A stretch of DNA of 64,000 nt from Spirochaetia bacterium (GCA_963668315.1 OY764216.1:5280001-5344000); one strand, 5' to 3'. Counted from the first letter of the stretch, positions 20,352 through 29,893 are shown. A program made the numbers and translations. The notes: generated from the letters alone by a model not told the origin.

Positions 20352-20768
20352 ATGATGGTTATGGAAGATCAAAAATATCTTTCCTTTACGTTGGACCCCA
20401 AAAGCGGCGTCCCCTACTACAAGCAGGTCATTCTGCAGGTGGAGATGGCCATCGCCGACGGACGGCTGACGACAGGAGACCAGCTGCCGACCGTACGCAG
20501 TCTCGCGGTGGACCTGAAGATCAACCCCAACACGATCTCCCGGGCTTACAGGGAACTGGAAATACGGGGGGTGGTCAACACCCAGCAGGGAACGGGAACA
20601 TTCATCTCCGAAAAGGAGATTGAAATTTCCGCCGTGGAAAGGGAAAAGATCCTGGCCTCTCTGACCAGGGACTTCATCGTCAAAGCGAACTCCTACGGCA
20701 TCGATATGGATCAGGTCATGGAGTATCTACAGGAGATGAGAGAGAATGAACCTCTTAAAACTAAATAG
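20352..20768 (+). CDS. GntR family (YtrA subfamily) regulator
   Basis: PYYKQV, LPTVRSLA, NPNTISRAY and GTGTF; short C-terminus. Confidence 0.93.
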   Translation: MMVMEDQKYLSFTLDPKSGVPYYKQVILQVEMAIADGRLTTGDQLPTVRSLAVDLKINPNTISRAYRELEIRGVVNTQQGTGTFISEKEIEISAVEREKILASLTRDFIVKANSYGIDMDQVMEYLQEMRENEPLKTK

Positions 20769-21828
20769 CGAAAGGATTAAAAACAGCCGGGTCAGCCTAC
20801 CCCAGAGGGATTTTATCTACAACTCCTTCTCCTGGCTGATATTAGGAGCCGCCGTTGTGGCCGGACTGTTCTGGGAACTGGCCGTTCGGCCCGGACTCGA
20901 TTCAAAGGAAGTCATCAGCATGGCCGCCTCCTTTTTCGGAGCGGGCGTCATCCTCATGATCATGCCCTTCTGGGGTATCATGATGGTATTTCTCGTTCTG
21001 TGCGCCGTCCCTCTGGGCCTGGAAGAGTACGGTCTTTCCTACGCTCCGCTCATGGCAGCGGGAGCGGCGGGGCTCTATTTTTCCTGCGCCGTCCAGCTGG
21101 TGTTTCAGTGGGACAAGGTGGTCATTCTTCGAATGGGAAAATTCCACCGCATCATCGGCCCGGGGCTCCATTTCATCCTTCCCCTCATAGACAGGACCGC
21201 CGCCCATGTGGATACGCGCATCCGGGTCACCGATTTTACGGCGGAGAAAAGCCTGACCCTGGATACGGTGCCCGTCCATGTGGACGCCCTCTGCTTCTGG
21301 ATGATATGGGATGCCCGGAAGGCGGTGCTTGAAGTGGAAAACTATCGGGAAGCGGTGGCCCTCTCGGCCCAGACAGCCCTGCGTGATGCCATTGGAAGAC
21401 ACGATCTGGCGGCCCTGCTCTCCAAAAGAGAGGAGATGGGCAGGGAGATCCAGCAGGCCCTGGACAGCAAAACCAACCCCTGGGGCATCACGATCCTTTC
21501 CGTGGAATTCACCGACGTCATCATTCCCCAGGCCCTGGAAGACGCCATGAGCAAGAAAGCCCAGGCGGAGAGGGAAAAGCAGTCTCGCATCATTCTCTCG
21601 GAAGCGGAAATCGCCGTGGCGGATAATTTTGATATCGCCTCGGAAAAATATAAAAACAATGAAACGGCCCTCAAACTCCGTTCCATGAATATGGTCTACG
21701 AAGGCCTGAAAAACAAAGAGGGCACCCTTATGATGATGCCCTCATCGGCCATGGAGCAGATGGATCTGGGAGTCCCGCTCGGAGCGGCCGCTCTCGGGAG
21801 CCGCACAGGCAAGGAGGAGAAAAAATGA
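20746..21828 (+). CDS. SPFH/stomatin-like protein with multi-TM N-terminus
   Basis: GPGLHFILP, AQTALRDAIG, WGITI and AMSKKAQAERE. Confidence 0.9.
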   Translation: MNLLKLNSERIKNSRVSLPQRDFIYNSFSWLILGAAVVAGLFWELAVRPGLDSKEVISMAASFFGAGVILMIMPFWGIMMVFLVLCAVPLGLEEYGLSYAPLMAAGAAGLYFSCAVQLVFQWDKVVILRMGKFHRIIGPGLHFILPLIDRTAAHVDTRIRVTDFTAEKSLTLDTVPVHVDALCFWMIWDARKAVLEVENYREAVALSAQTALRDAIGRHDLAALLSKREEMGREIQQALDSKTNPWGITILSVEFTDVIIPQALEDAMSKKAQAEREKQSRIILSEAEIAVADNFDIASEKYKNNETALKLRSMNMVYEGLKNKEGTLMMMPSSAMEQMDLGVPLGAAALGSRTGKEEKK

Positions 21829-22502
21829 TAACCATTGAAAATGTTAAGAAAACCTATGTCTCGGGGGACGTGAAAGTAGAAGCCCTCCGCGGTGTCGACC
21901 TGATTATCAGGGACGGGGAGTTCACCTCCATCGCCGGCCCCTCCGGTTCGGGAAAAACGACTCTCCTCAACCTGATAGGATGCATAGATACGCTGGACAG
22001 CGGCAGTATCCTCATTGACGACAAGCCGGTGTTTAAGCTGAACAAGGACGAAAAAGCCCTGTTCCGCCGGGAGAAGCTGGGGTTCATCTTCCAGAGCTAT
22101 AACCTGATTCCCGTCCTGACCGCCTTTGAGAATGTCGCCTTTGCCCTGAATCTTCTGGATATAGACGACCGGGAAGTAAAGGAACGGACCATGGCCATAC
22201 TCAGGGAAGTGGGACTGGAAGGGATGGAGAACCGCAAGCCCAATAAGCTTTCCGGAGGGCAGCAGCAGAGGGTGGCCATCGCCCGGGCCCTCATCAAAAA
22301 CCCCAAGATCATTCTCGCCGATGAGCCGACGGCCAATCTGGACTCCCATACGGGCGAGGAAATACTCAAACTGATGCGGGTGATGAACGAGAAGCACGGC
22401 ACCACATTCATCTTCTCGACCCACGACAAAATGGTCATGGAATATGCCCGGCGTCTTGTTTCCCTTCACGATGGCCTGATTCAGAAGGACGAGATTCGTT
22501 AG
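21825..22502 (+). CDS. ABC ATP-binding protein (LolD/MacB-like)
   Basis: GPSGSGKT, LSGGQQQRVAIARA, LADEPTANLD and STHD. Confidence 0.95.
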   Translation: MITIENVKKTYVSGDVKVEALRGVDLIIRDGEFTSIAGPSGSGKTTLLNLIGCIDTLDSGSILIDDKPVFKLNKDEKALFRREKLGFIFQSYNLIPVLTAFENVAFALNLLDIDDREVKERTMAILREVGLEGMENRKPNKLSGGQQQRVAIARALIKNPKIILADEPTANLDSHTGEEILKLMRVMNEKHGTTFIFSTHDKMVMEYARRLVSLHDGLIQKDEIR

Positions 22503-22513
22503 GGAGGAAAACC

Positions 22514-23758
22514 ATGAAGGGTTTGGTAAAACTTGGTTTTAAAAATCTGCTCCGCTACAAAAGACGAACCATTATCACCGCCGTCGCCGTCGCCATGGGA
22601 CTGATGTTCTTCATCATGATGGACTCCCTGCTCATGGGCGTCAGCGAAGATTCCACCATCAATATCATGCGCTACGAGAGCGGCTCGGGCCGCGTCGTCA
22701 CCCCCGCCTACTGGGAGGAATTCGAATCCATGCCTCTCAAAGAAACTCTCGCTCCCTCGGTTGGGAGTAAACTTGACGGGGCGGGCATCACCTGGACGCC
22801 CCGGCTGGATTTTCCCGGAGAGCTGATCTTCCGGGGCGATCCCTGGGAGGAGGACGGTTCCGTTTCCGTCGTCGTTACAGCCCTGGACCCGGAAAGGGAC
22901 GGCCGTGTATTCGACCTGGACAAGGTGGTCACCGAAGGCCGTTTCCTCCGGCCCGGCGAAGAGGGCGTTATCATGGGGCAGTGGCTGGCCGAGGATATCG
23001 GCGCCCGGGTGGGCTATCCCCTTTCGGTCCGGGTGAAAACCCGTTTCGGCAGCGAGGAGCTGATGGAACTGGATGTCACCGGCATCATGGACTGCCCCGA
23101 CCCCTACGTAAATACGGGCGTCATCTTCGTCGATCTTTCCGTGGCGGACGACTACCTGGAGATGGACGGCCTGATAACCCAGGCGGCGGTCAGCCTCTCG
23201 CCCAATCCCCAGCCGCCCCAGAACGTTCTGGATAAACTGAACCGCGCTCTGGCCGGTTCGGGAGCGGAGTTCCATAAGTGGGAGGACTGGGCGGCCGACT
23301 TCGTGGCCATCGCCGCGGGCAAGCAGACATCGGCCTACTCCATCCTCTCTCTGGTCATCCTCATCGCCGCCATAGGAATCTCCAACACCGTCCTCATGAG
23401 CCTCTTCGAACGGACCCGCGAACTGGGGATGCTCCGGGCCATGGGCATGACCGACGGGGACCTGCGGCGGGCGTTTCTTATCGAGGCGGCCGGAATCGGC
23501 CTTATCGGCGGACTGGCCGGCATCATTCTGGGCGGAGGAGTCAACCTGATTCTGATCCACGTGGGCATAGACTACGGATCGCTGCTCAGGGATATGAAGT
23601 TGGGTTACCGGGTCACGGGTATGATGTACGGAATCTGGATAGTCCGGGACTACATCATCTCCCTGATCGGGGGAGTCGTCATATGCACGGGGATTTCCTG
23701 GTTCGTCACCAAGAAACTGGTCAAGATGGAAATCACCGAATGTCTCAGGTTTATATAG
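22514..23758 (+). CDS. FtsX/LolE-like ABC permease 1
   Basis: KNLLRYKRRT N-terminus, large periplasmic domain, ERTRELGMLRAMG. Confidence 0.9.
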   Translation: MKGLVKLGFKNLLRYKRRTIITAVAVAMGLMFFIMMDSLLMGVSEDSTINIMRYESGSGRVVTPAYWEEFESMPLKETLAPSVGSKLDGAGITWTPRLDFPGELIFRGDPWEEDGSVSVVVTALDPERDGRVFDLDKVVTEGRFLRPGEEGVIMGQWLAEDIGARVGYPLSVRVKTRFGSEELMELDVTGIMDCPDPYVNTGVIFVDLSVADDYLEMDGLITQAAVSLSPNPQPPQNVLDKLNRALAGSGAEFHKWEDWAADFVAIAAGKQTSAYSILSLVILIAAIGISNTVLMSLFERTRELGMLRAMGMTDGDLRRAFLIEAAGIGLIGGLAGIILGGGVNLILIHVGIDYGSLLRDMKLGYRVTGMMYGIWIVRDYIISLIGGVVICTGISWFVTKKLVKMEITECLRFI

Positions 23759-23770
23759 AAGGAGGAGGAG

Positions 23771-25018
23771 ATGAAACTTTCCCGCATAGCCTTTAGAAAT
23801 ATCATGAGGAACCGCCGGCGGAGCATCCTCTCCGGCTCTGCCATAGCCGTGGCCACCATGAGCATCGTCCTTCTCTTCGGAATGCTCGAGGGGATGCTGA
23901 ACGACATGGCCCGCAACGAACAGCGCTACCAGACAGGCATGGTGCAGATACGCAACGCGGAATTCGTCAAATACGAACGGCTCAATCCCTCCCATCTGTT
24001 CATCAGAAACGCCGGAGAGACGGTGGAGGCCTTCCGCTCCTACCCCTGGGTCACCGCGGTTTCGGAGCGGATCAACTTTCCCGGCCGGGTCTACCGGGAC
24101 GAGCGGGAGTTCAATGTGCTGGGAGAGGGGGTGGACTTTTCCCGGGAGAGGGAGTTCCAGCATCTGGACGACGCCCTCATCGCGGGCCGTTATCCCGAGC
24201 CGGGCAGCCGGGAGGCGGTGATCGGCTTCAAACTGGCCCAGCGAATGGGCATAGACCTGACTGATGGCGAGCCGGATAAAATCACCCTGCTCACCACCAA
24301 AGCCAACCGGCAGACGAAATTCTTCACCGTGGAAGTCGTCGGCCTTTTGGCCTATCCGGTAGGCGTTCTGAACGGGACACACGTGCTCATCCCCCTGGAC
24401 ACGGCCCGGGAGCTTCTCCTCATGGAGGACGGCCTTTCTGAGATCCTTCTGATGGTGGATGAAAAGGTCCTTGACGCGGACAGCGCCGCCGAACGGCTCC
24501 GGAACGACCTGGCCGGGACCTACCCGGAGCTCTCCATCCAGTCCTGGCTGGAAACCAACCTGATCTGGGGCATGATGCAGCTGGCCTCCAATATCTACAA
24601 CATATTCGCCCTCTTCTTCTTCGTTCTGGGCAGCTCGGTCATCATCAATACCACCATTATGGTCATATTCGAACGGATGAAGGAGATCGGCACCCTGGAA
24701 GCCATGGGCATGAGAGGCAGGGAACTGACCCGGCTCTTCTTCCTGGAAGCCTTCTATATCAGCGTCATGGGCGCCCTGGGCGGAACCTTTCTGGGCATTA
24801 TCATCATACTGGCCACAGGGAAAACGGGCATTCCCCTGGGAGACATGGTGGACGGCATGGAAGGCTTCTCCATGTCCAACTACCTCTACATGGGACTCAG
24901 CCTGAAAAACACCCTGCTCGTCTTTATCTACTCGGTCACCGTCGCTTCGCTGGCCACATTCATACCGTCCCGCCGGGCCGCGAAAATCGAACCGGTGGAA
25001 GCACTGAAAGCCATCTAG
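23771..25018 (+). CDS. FtsX/LolE-like ABC permease 2
   Basis: RNIMRNRRRS, ERMKEIGTLEAMG and PSRRAAKIEPVEAL. Confidence 0.9.
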   Translation: MKLSRIAFRNIMRNRRRSILSGSAIAVATMSIVLLFGMLEGMLNDMARNEQRYQTGMVQIRNAEFVKYERLNPSHLFIRNAGETVEAFRSYPWVTAVSERINFPGRVYRDEREFNVLGEGVDFSREREFQHLDDALIAGRYPEPGSREAVIGFKLAQRMGIDLTDGEPDKITLLTTKANRQTKFFTVEVVGLLAYPVGVLNGTHVLIPLDTARELLLMEDGLSEILLMVDEKVLDADSAAERLRNDLAGTYPELSIQSWLETNLIWGMMQLASNIYNIFALFFFVLGSSVIINTTIMVIFERMKEIGTLEAMGMRGRELTRLFFLEAFYISVMGALGGTFLGIIIILATGKTGIPLGDMVDGMEGFSMSNYLYMGLSLKNTLLVFIYSVTVASLATFIPSRRAAKIEPVEALKAI

Positions 25019-25030
25019 GAGGAATCAAAC

Positions 25031-25756
25031 ATGAAAAAACTGGGAATTTTACTAATCTTCACCGCCGTTCTGACAACGGCCGGCGCCATAACGGGAGAGG
25101 AGATCATCGAGAAAGCCGACGAACTCCAGTCCTTCGACACGCAGAAGTCCTCGGGGACAATGATCTCCCACGACCGCTTCGGCGACATCACAAGCACCTT
25201 CGAAAGCTGGAGCCGGGGAAACAAGGAGTTCCTCCTGGAGTTCACCAACGCCGAGGAACGGGGCCAGAAAGTGCTCCGGGTGGACGACGTCATGTACCTC
25301 TACGATCCCGACGCGGAAGAGACAATCCGCTTGAGCGGTTCGGCCCTGAAGGACTCCCTCTTCGGCGACGTCTCCTACGAAGACGTGAGCGAGGGGAACG
25401 ACACCCTGGACCAGTACAATGCCGTGCTGGACGGGGAAGAGCTGAAAAAAGGCAAAAACTGCTACCGCGTCATCCTCACCGCCAAAAAGCGGAACGCCCC
25501 CTACTACAAGCAGATCCTCTGGATAAACAGGGACAACTTCGTCCTGGTCTACGGGGAGTACTACTCCAAGCGGGACATCCACCTCAAGACCATCGAAGTG
25601 CTGGACATCATGGAAAAGGGAGAGAAATTCATCATCTCCCACCTTATCCTCCGGGACGTGATCAAAGGAGACTCACACACAGAGATGATCCTGGACGATA
25701 TCGAGCTGGACATTCCCCTGGAAGACCGGCTCTTTACCGAAGAGGCTCTCTTCTGA
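25031..25756 (+). CDS. LolA-like outer-membrane lipoprotein-sorting protein
   Basis: Signal peptide; F..AEERG.K.L, YLYDP, FGDVSYED and Y.K..LWI pattern. Confidence 0.82.
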   Translation: MKKLGILLIFTAVLTTAGAITGEEIIEKADELQSFDTQKSSGTMISHDRFGDITSTFESWSRGNKEFLLEFTNAEERGQKVLRVDDVMYLYDPDAEETIRLSGSALKDSLFGDVSYEDVSEGNDTLDQYNAVLDGEELKKGKNCYRVILTAKKRNAPYYKQILWINRDNFVLVYGEYYSKRDIHLKTIEVLDIMEKGEKFIISHLILRDVIKGDSHTEMILDDIELDIPLEDRLFTEEALF

Positions 25757-27003
25757 TGAAACCCCTCTTCCTCCTGAGCCTGGCCGGGAGAAACCTCTGC
25801 CGGTACCGAAGACGCACCGTCCTGACCATGCTGGTCCTGGCGGTGGGCATCGCCTGCTATATTCTCATGGACTCCCTGCTCATCGGGACCCGCCGGGAAT
25901 CGGAACTGGCCCTCATCTATTATGAAATGGGAGAGGGCCGCCTGGTCACCCCCGGCTGGTGGGCCGACCGCAAGGACTACCCCCTGTCGGAAAACCTCAC
26001 AGAACCGGACCGGCTGATGGAGGAACTGGCCGCCCGGAACATCCCCTCCTCCGCCCGGACCGAGTTCACCGCCACCGCCGTGACCCGCAGCGGCACGGGG
26101 GGCAGCTTCTCCCTGACCGTGACCGCCCTGGATCCCCGGGAGGACACCCGGGTCAACCGCCTGACCGAAACGGTCTCCGAGGGAACCTTCCCCGCCCCCG
26201 GTTCGGAGGACGCCGCCCTGGGAGAGTGGCTCGCCCAGGACATGGACCTCTCCGTGGGAGACACGCTGACCCTGCAGTTCACCGACCGCTGGGGCTCCCG
26301 GGAGGCCATGGACGTGACCATCTCGGCCCTGCTGAACTCGCCCAACCACAAGATCAACCGCTCCGGCCTCTTCATCTCCCGGGAGACGGCGGACTACTAC
26401 CTCTCTCTGGAAGGCTCCGCCTCCTACGTCCAGATCGGACTGCCCGCCCTGAAAGGGGAGAAACGCCGGGCCCTGGCCGCCCTGGAAAACCTGGCCGCCG
26501 CCGAAGGCCTGGAGTACCACGGCTGGCGCGACTGGTCCGCCGACTACCTGGCCATGGCCGACGGGGACACCTACTCCAGCGCGGTCATCCTCTTCCTCGT
26601 CTTCATCATCGCGTCGGTGGGTCTGGCCAACACCATGCTCATGTCCGTCATGGAGCGGCAGCAGGAGATCGGCATGATGCGCTCCCTGGGAATGAAGGAG
26701 AGGGCCATACTGCTCCTCTTTCTCTGCGAAGGGGGACTCATAGGCCTCCTGGGCTCCCTGATAGGCCTGTTCCTCTCCTTTCTGGGAAACATCCCCCTGG
26801 TCCGCAAAGGAATCGACTTCAGCTTCATGATGCGCGACATCGACATGGGATACCGCTTCACCGGCATCATCCACGGCGTCTGGAGCGCCCCGGGCTACCT
26901 CTGGGGACTGGCGGCGGGCATACTCATCTGCCTGACCGTCTCCTGGCTGACCGTACACCGCGTCCTGGCCCGTCCCATCACCGAGGAGATCCGGGCCGCC
27001 TGA
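25756..27003 (+). CDS. FtsX/LolE-like ABC permease 3 (paralog of permease 1)
   Basis: RNLCRYRRRT and ERQQEIGMMRSLG; colinear similarity to 22514-23758. Confidence 0.88.
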   Translation: MKPLFLLSLAGRNLCRYRRRTVLTMLVLAVGIACYILMDSLLIGTRRESELALIYYEMGEGRLVTPGWWADRKDYPLSENLTEPDRLMEELAARNIPSSARTEFTATAVTRSGTGGSFSLTVTALDPREDTRVNRLTETVSEGTFPAPGSEDAALGEWLAQDMDLSVGDTLTLQFTDRWGSREAMDVTISALLNSPNHKINRSGLFISRETADYYLSLEGSASYVQIGLPALKGEKRRALAALENLAAAEGLEYHGWRDWSADYLAMADGDTYSSAVILFLVFIIASVGLANTMLMSVMERQQEIGMMRSLGMKERAILLLFLCEGGLIGLLGSLIGLFLSFLGNIPLVRKGIDFSFMMRDIDMGYRFTGIIHGVWSAPGYLWGLAAGILICLTVSWLTVHRVLARPITEEIRAA

Positions 27004-27013
27004 CATAAGAAGC

Positions 27014-27130
27014 CTTTTTCGGGCGCCTCCCGCCTCACGGCGGGACCGGGTGCTCTCGGGGTCCGGCTGGCGCCTTCCGTCCCTCCCTCGCGGGAGCGAC
27101 CGGCCAGCCGCCCTGACGCCCCCTGGCGCA
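27014..27130 (+). repeat. GC-rich multibranched intergenic element, copy 1
   Basis: Shares GGGGTnCGGCTnnCGCCTnCCGTCCC..GCGACC..GCCCTnAC..CCC and stem layout with 55701-55811. Confidence 0.65.
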
Positions 27131-27146
27131 TCACCCCGGCCAAAAG

Positions 27147-28262
27147 ATGAATATGAAAAAGAAAAACCTGATCCCCGCCCTCTTCATGACCGCCCTCTTC
27201 GCCCTCCACTCCGAATCCCTTCTGACAGTGGACATGACCCTCCTGCAGTCGGCGGGTTATGACAAAGATAAGGAGCAGTGGCAGTACGGCGGCTCCGGCT
27301 CGGCCGACTTCCAGGTCAAATCCACGGGCAATCAGAACGTCAAAGGAGAACTCGCCCTCACCTACTACCCCCTGGACGGCCTTCCCGCCGGATACACCAT
27401 GGTCAGCCTGGAAAAGGCCTCCATCAAAGTACAGTTTCCCTCCCTGCGCCTGACCATGGGAAAGACCCGCATCGGCTGGGGCGACGGCACCGTCTTCAAC
27501 GGGGGGGACGTTCTGTACGGCAGCCTGAGTCCCTCGGTGGACCTGACCGCCGATGAGATCCGCTCCGACACGGCCCTTTTGACCCTGCTCCGCTACACCG
27601 CGGGCCGCAACTACGCCGAAGCCATCGTCATGGCCCCCTCCCCGGATATGACCGATCCGTCCGCTCCGGTCGTACCGGCCATCACCGCCACCAGCGCCGG
27701 CGGCCGCTTCGTCATGGAAACGGGAAGTATTACCGTGGAGGGAGGCTACCTCTGCAAGGGGCAGGCGAAAACCGCAGGAGACGTCACCGGGCACCGCCCC
27801 TATCTGAGCCTCCACGGCTACGGCTGGCTGGACTGGTACGGCTCGGCCTCCCTGGCGGTTCCCTTCGAAGGGGCAGACTGGCGTAACAACGTCAGCGGGA
27901 CGGCCCATCTGACCGGCGGTGCGTTCCGCCAGTTCGGCCTGGGTTACGACGGAACCCTCTCGGTACGTCTGGAGACCCTTCTCTACCCCTGGGCCGAGTG
28001 GGAAGAGCAGCCATCGCCCGAGACCTACGGCCTCTACCTCTACCCGGAACTGACTTTCGCCCTGGGCCGGAATCTCACCCTGCCCGTCCTGGCCGTACTC
28101 TCCCCCGTTGACCGTTCGGGCCAATTCACCGCCGGGTTCAGCTGGACCGTCTACCAGGGCTTTCGCTTCCTCGGCTATGGCGTAGGAGAACTGGGTGAAA
28201 GCAGCGACACCTTTATCACGGGAAATATCTCCCTTATGGCGGGGATGGGGTATAAATACTAG
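27147..28262 (+). CDS. Probable outer-membrane beta-barrel protein
   Basis: Signal peptide, Gly/aromatic alternating strands, GKTRIGWG, terminal MGYKY. Confidence 0.65.
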   Translation: MNMKKKNLIPALFMTALFALHSESLLTVDMTLLQSAGYDKDKEQWQYGGSGSADFQVKSTGNQNVKGELALTYYPLDGLPAGYTMVSLEKASIKVQFPSLRLTMGKTRIGWGDGTVFNGGDVLYGSLSPSVDLTADEIRSDTALLTLLRYTAGRNYAEAIVMAPSPDMTDPSAPVVPAITATSAGGRFVMETGSITVEGGYLCKGQAKTAGDVTGHRPYLSLHGYGWLDWYGSASLAVPFEGADWRNNVSGTAHLTGGAFRQFGLGYDGTLSVRLETLLYPWAEWEEQPSPETYGLYLYPELTFALGRNLTLPVLAVLSPVDRSGQFTAGFSWTVYQGFRFLGYGVGELGESSDTFITGNISLMAGMGYKY

Positions 28263-28272
28263 GATTTGGGAA

Positions 28273-29100
28273 TCAGAGTCTCATTCTGCCCTGTATAACC
28301 TTAAGTTTGGCGAAGCCCTCGGTCAGAGATTTCGTAGCCTCACTCTTAATTTGAATCATTTCCGGATCAATCTCCGTGCCGGTGAAGCGCAGGATACAAT
28401 CGCCTCCCAGTTCACCGAAAAGATCAACATCAAGGCTCAGGCTGAACCGGTATTCCTGCCTGTTCTCGTACTGGGTATAATCCAGACTCCCTTCAACAGC
28501 CTCCATGGAAGTTCCCTTAATAGCAAGGTGACAGTAATCCCACGCGGGTTCATCATGATTCGTGGCCTGGTCATAGGTTTTCTCCAGAACAGGAGCACTT
28601 TCGGACTCCTCCGTTCCCTTTACAATTCCCGGAATCCCCTCTCCCAGGGCGATATTAATCGCTTCGTCGCCGCTGTGCATCATTCCGCCGGTCAGCACGA
28701 TTTTCTCTCCCCCGATGGTAAAACTTATTCCGTACTCCACCGTCACGGTAACCGTCCATACGGCGGTGTTGCCCTTTTCGGCGGTTACTTGAAAATCGGC
28801 GGGGATCCCATCCTCAATGGAGGCGGGAGATGTTAAAACCGCCCCTTCCGAGAGGGAAAACACGGGCTTGAAGAGAGAAAGATCCATGGGTTCCACTGTC
28901 AGAGATATGGTCCGATTTTCACTGTCGATTTGGGGTTCCCCCACGATATAAGGGGAAACAAGGGAGACAATATCAGCCTCGGACGACAGGTCCGGGCCGG
29001 AAGAATCGGCCATTTCACATCCCATGCAGAGAAGCGAAGCCCCCCAAAGAATAAATCCAAGCACCTTTCGCATCATGGAAAAAGATCTCATTTCAGTCAT
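28273..29100 (-). CDS. Hypothetical lipoprotein with Ig-like repeat (DUF5018-like)
   Basis: LLCMGC lipobox-like site; ADIVSL..IDSENRTISLTV..VTAEKG..WTVTV. Confidence 0.6.
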   Translation of the reverse strand: MTEMRSFSMMRKVLGFILWGASLLCMGCEMADSSGPDLSSEADIVSLVSPYIVGEPQIDSENRTISLTVEPMDLSLFKPVFSLSEGAVLTSPASIEDGIPADFQVTAEKGNTAVWTVTVTVEYGISFTIGGEKIVLTGGMMHSGDEAINIALGEGIPGIVKGTEESESAPVLEKTYDQATNHDEPAWDYCHLAIKGTSMEAVEGSLDYTQYENRQEYRFSLSLDVDLFGELGGDCILRFTGTEIDPEMIQIKSEATKSLTEGFAKLKVIQGRMRL

Positions 29101-29266
29101 TTTTTTACTCCGTTTTTTAAACTTTCACCCCTCAAATAATGGGGAGAATGGGATAAAAAATAGCAGAAATGAAACTCTGTGGCGTCCCGTTTTATCATTT
29201 GGGACGTTTTTTTTATAATTCATTCGGGAAAACCCTTCATATCACCATAGCTTTAGCCTTTGGAGC

Positions 29267-29302
29267 AAAAAAAACCGGAGCCCCTTTGGGTAACTCCGGT
29301 TT
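29267..29302 (-). terminator. Intrinsic terminator of hsp20
   Basis: AAACCGGAG / CTCCGGTTT stem with an A run (U tract on the minus strand). Confidence 0.8.
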
Positions 29303-29332
29303 CTCCCTTAAGAGATAACAAACTATCGAAGG

Positions 29333-29764
29333 TTATCTGGTTTTCACTTTAATTGCCAGAGGCTTGGCTTCCTCTTTTTTGGCTATGGATAAGGTCAGGA
29401 GACCATTGGCGAAGACCGCTTCGATATTCTCGCTGGTGGCATCCTTGGGAAGATAGAAACTTCTCTTGAAGGAAAGAGCCGACCGTTCTTTCTTCAGGTA
29501 GCGTATTTCCGCCTTTTCATCGCTCTCTTCCTTTTTGGCCTCGGTCATCTTGTCGGCAGAAATGGTCAGGAGATTTTCCTTGACCTGAATGTCGAGCTCA
29601 TTTTCGGAGAATCCGGGAAGCTCGGCAGTGATCTCATACCCCTTTTCCGTTTCGGTAATATCCACGGCGGGAACCCTGGCTGCGGGAGAGTTGTCCCAGT
29701 TAAGGAAAGAATCGAAAATCCTGTCAATGTCGTTTACCCTGTTTCTTGTAACCATGTAGTTCAT
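29333..29764 (-). CDS. Hsp20/alpha-crystallin small heat-shock protein
   Basis: PAVDITE, AELPGF, FKRSFYLP and NGLLTL; GGAGG SD before MNYMV. Confidence 0.93.
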   Translation of the reverse strand: MNYMVTRNRVNDIDRIFDSFLNWDNSPAARVPAVDITETEKGYEITAELPGFSENELDIQVKENLLTISADKMTEAKKEESDEKAEIRYLKKERSALSFKRSFYLPKDATSENIEAVFANGLLTLSIAKKEEAKPLAIKVKTR

Positions 29765-29893
29765 ATAATCCTCCATTGTGCCTCGGGCACACTCTTTTAA
29801 TTTTTTTCAGAAGCTTGCAAAAAAACGTATTGTCGGGTTTTTCACCTCCCGTCAAGGTGGCCCTTTTGCCAGCTCCTCTACACCAACATATAT

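Noticed and set aside
22499..28124. Long minus-strand ORFs (627, 481 and 409 aa) and the 349-aa alternative-frame ORF over the ABC operon
   Set aside because: Shadows of well-supported genes; R/P/G-rich or motif-free translations
29840..29865. c-di-GMP-II or preQ1 riboswitch in the hsp20 leader
   Set aside because: Only superficial similarity; the conserved ligand-binding nucleotides are absent
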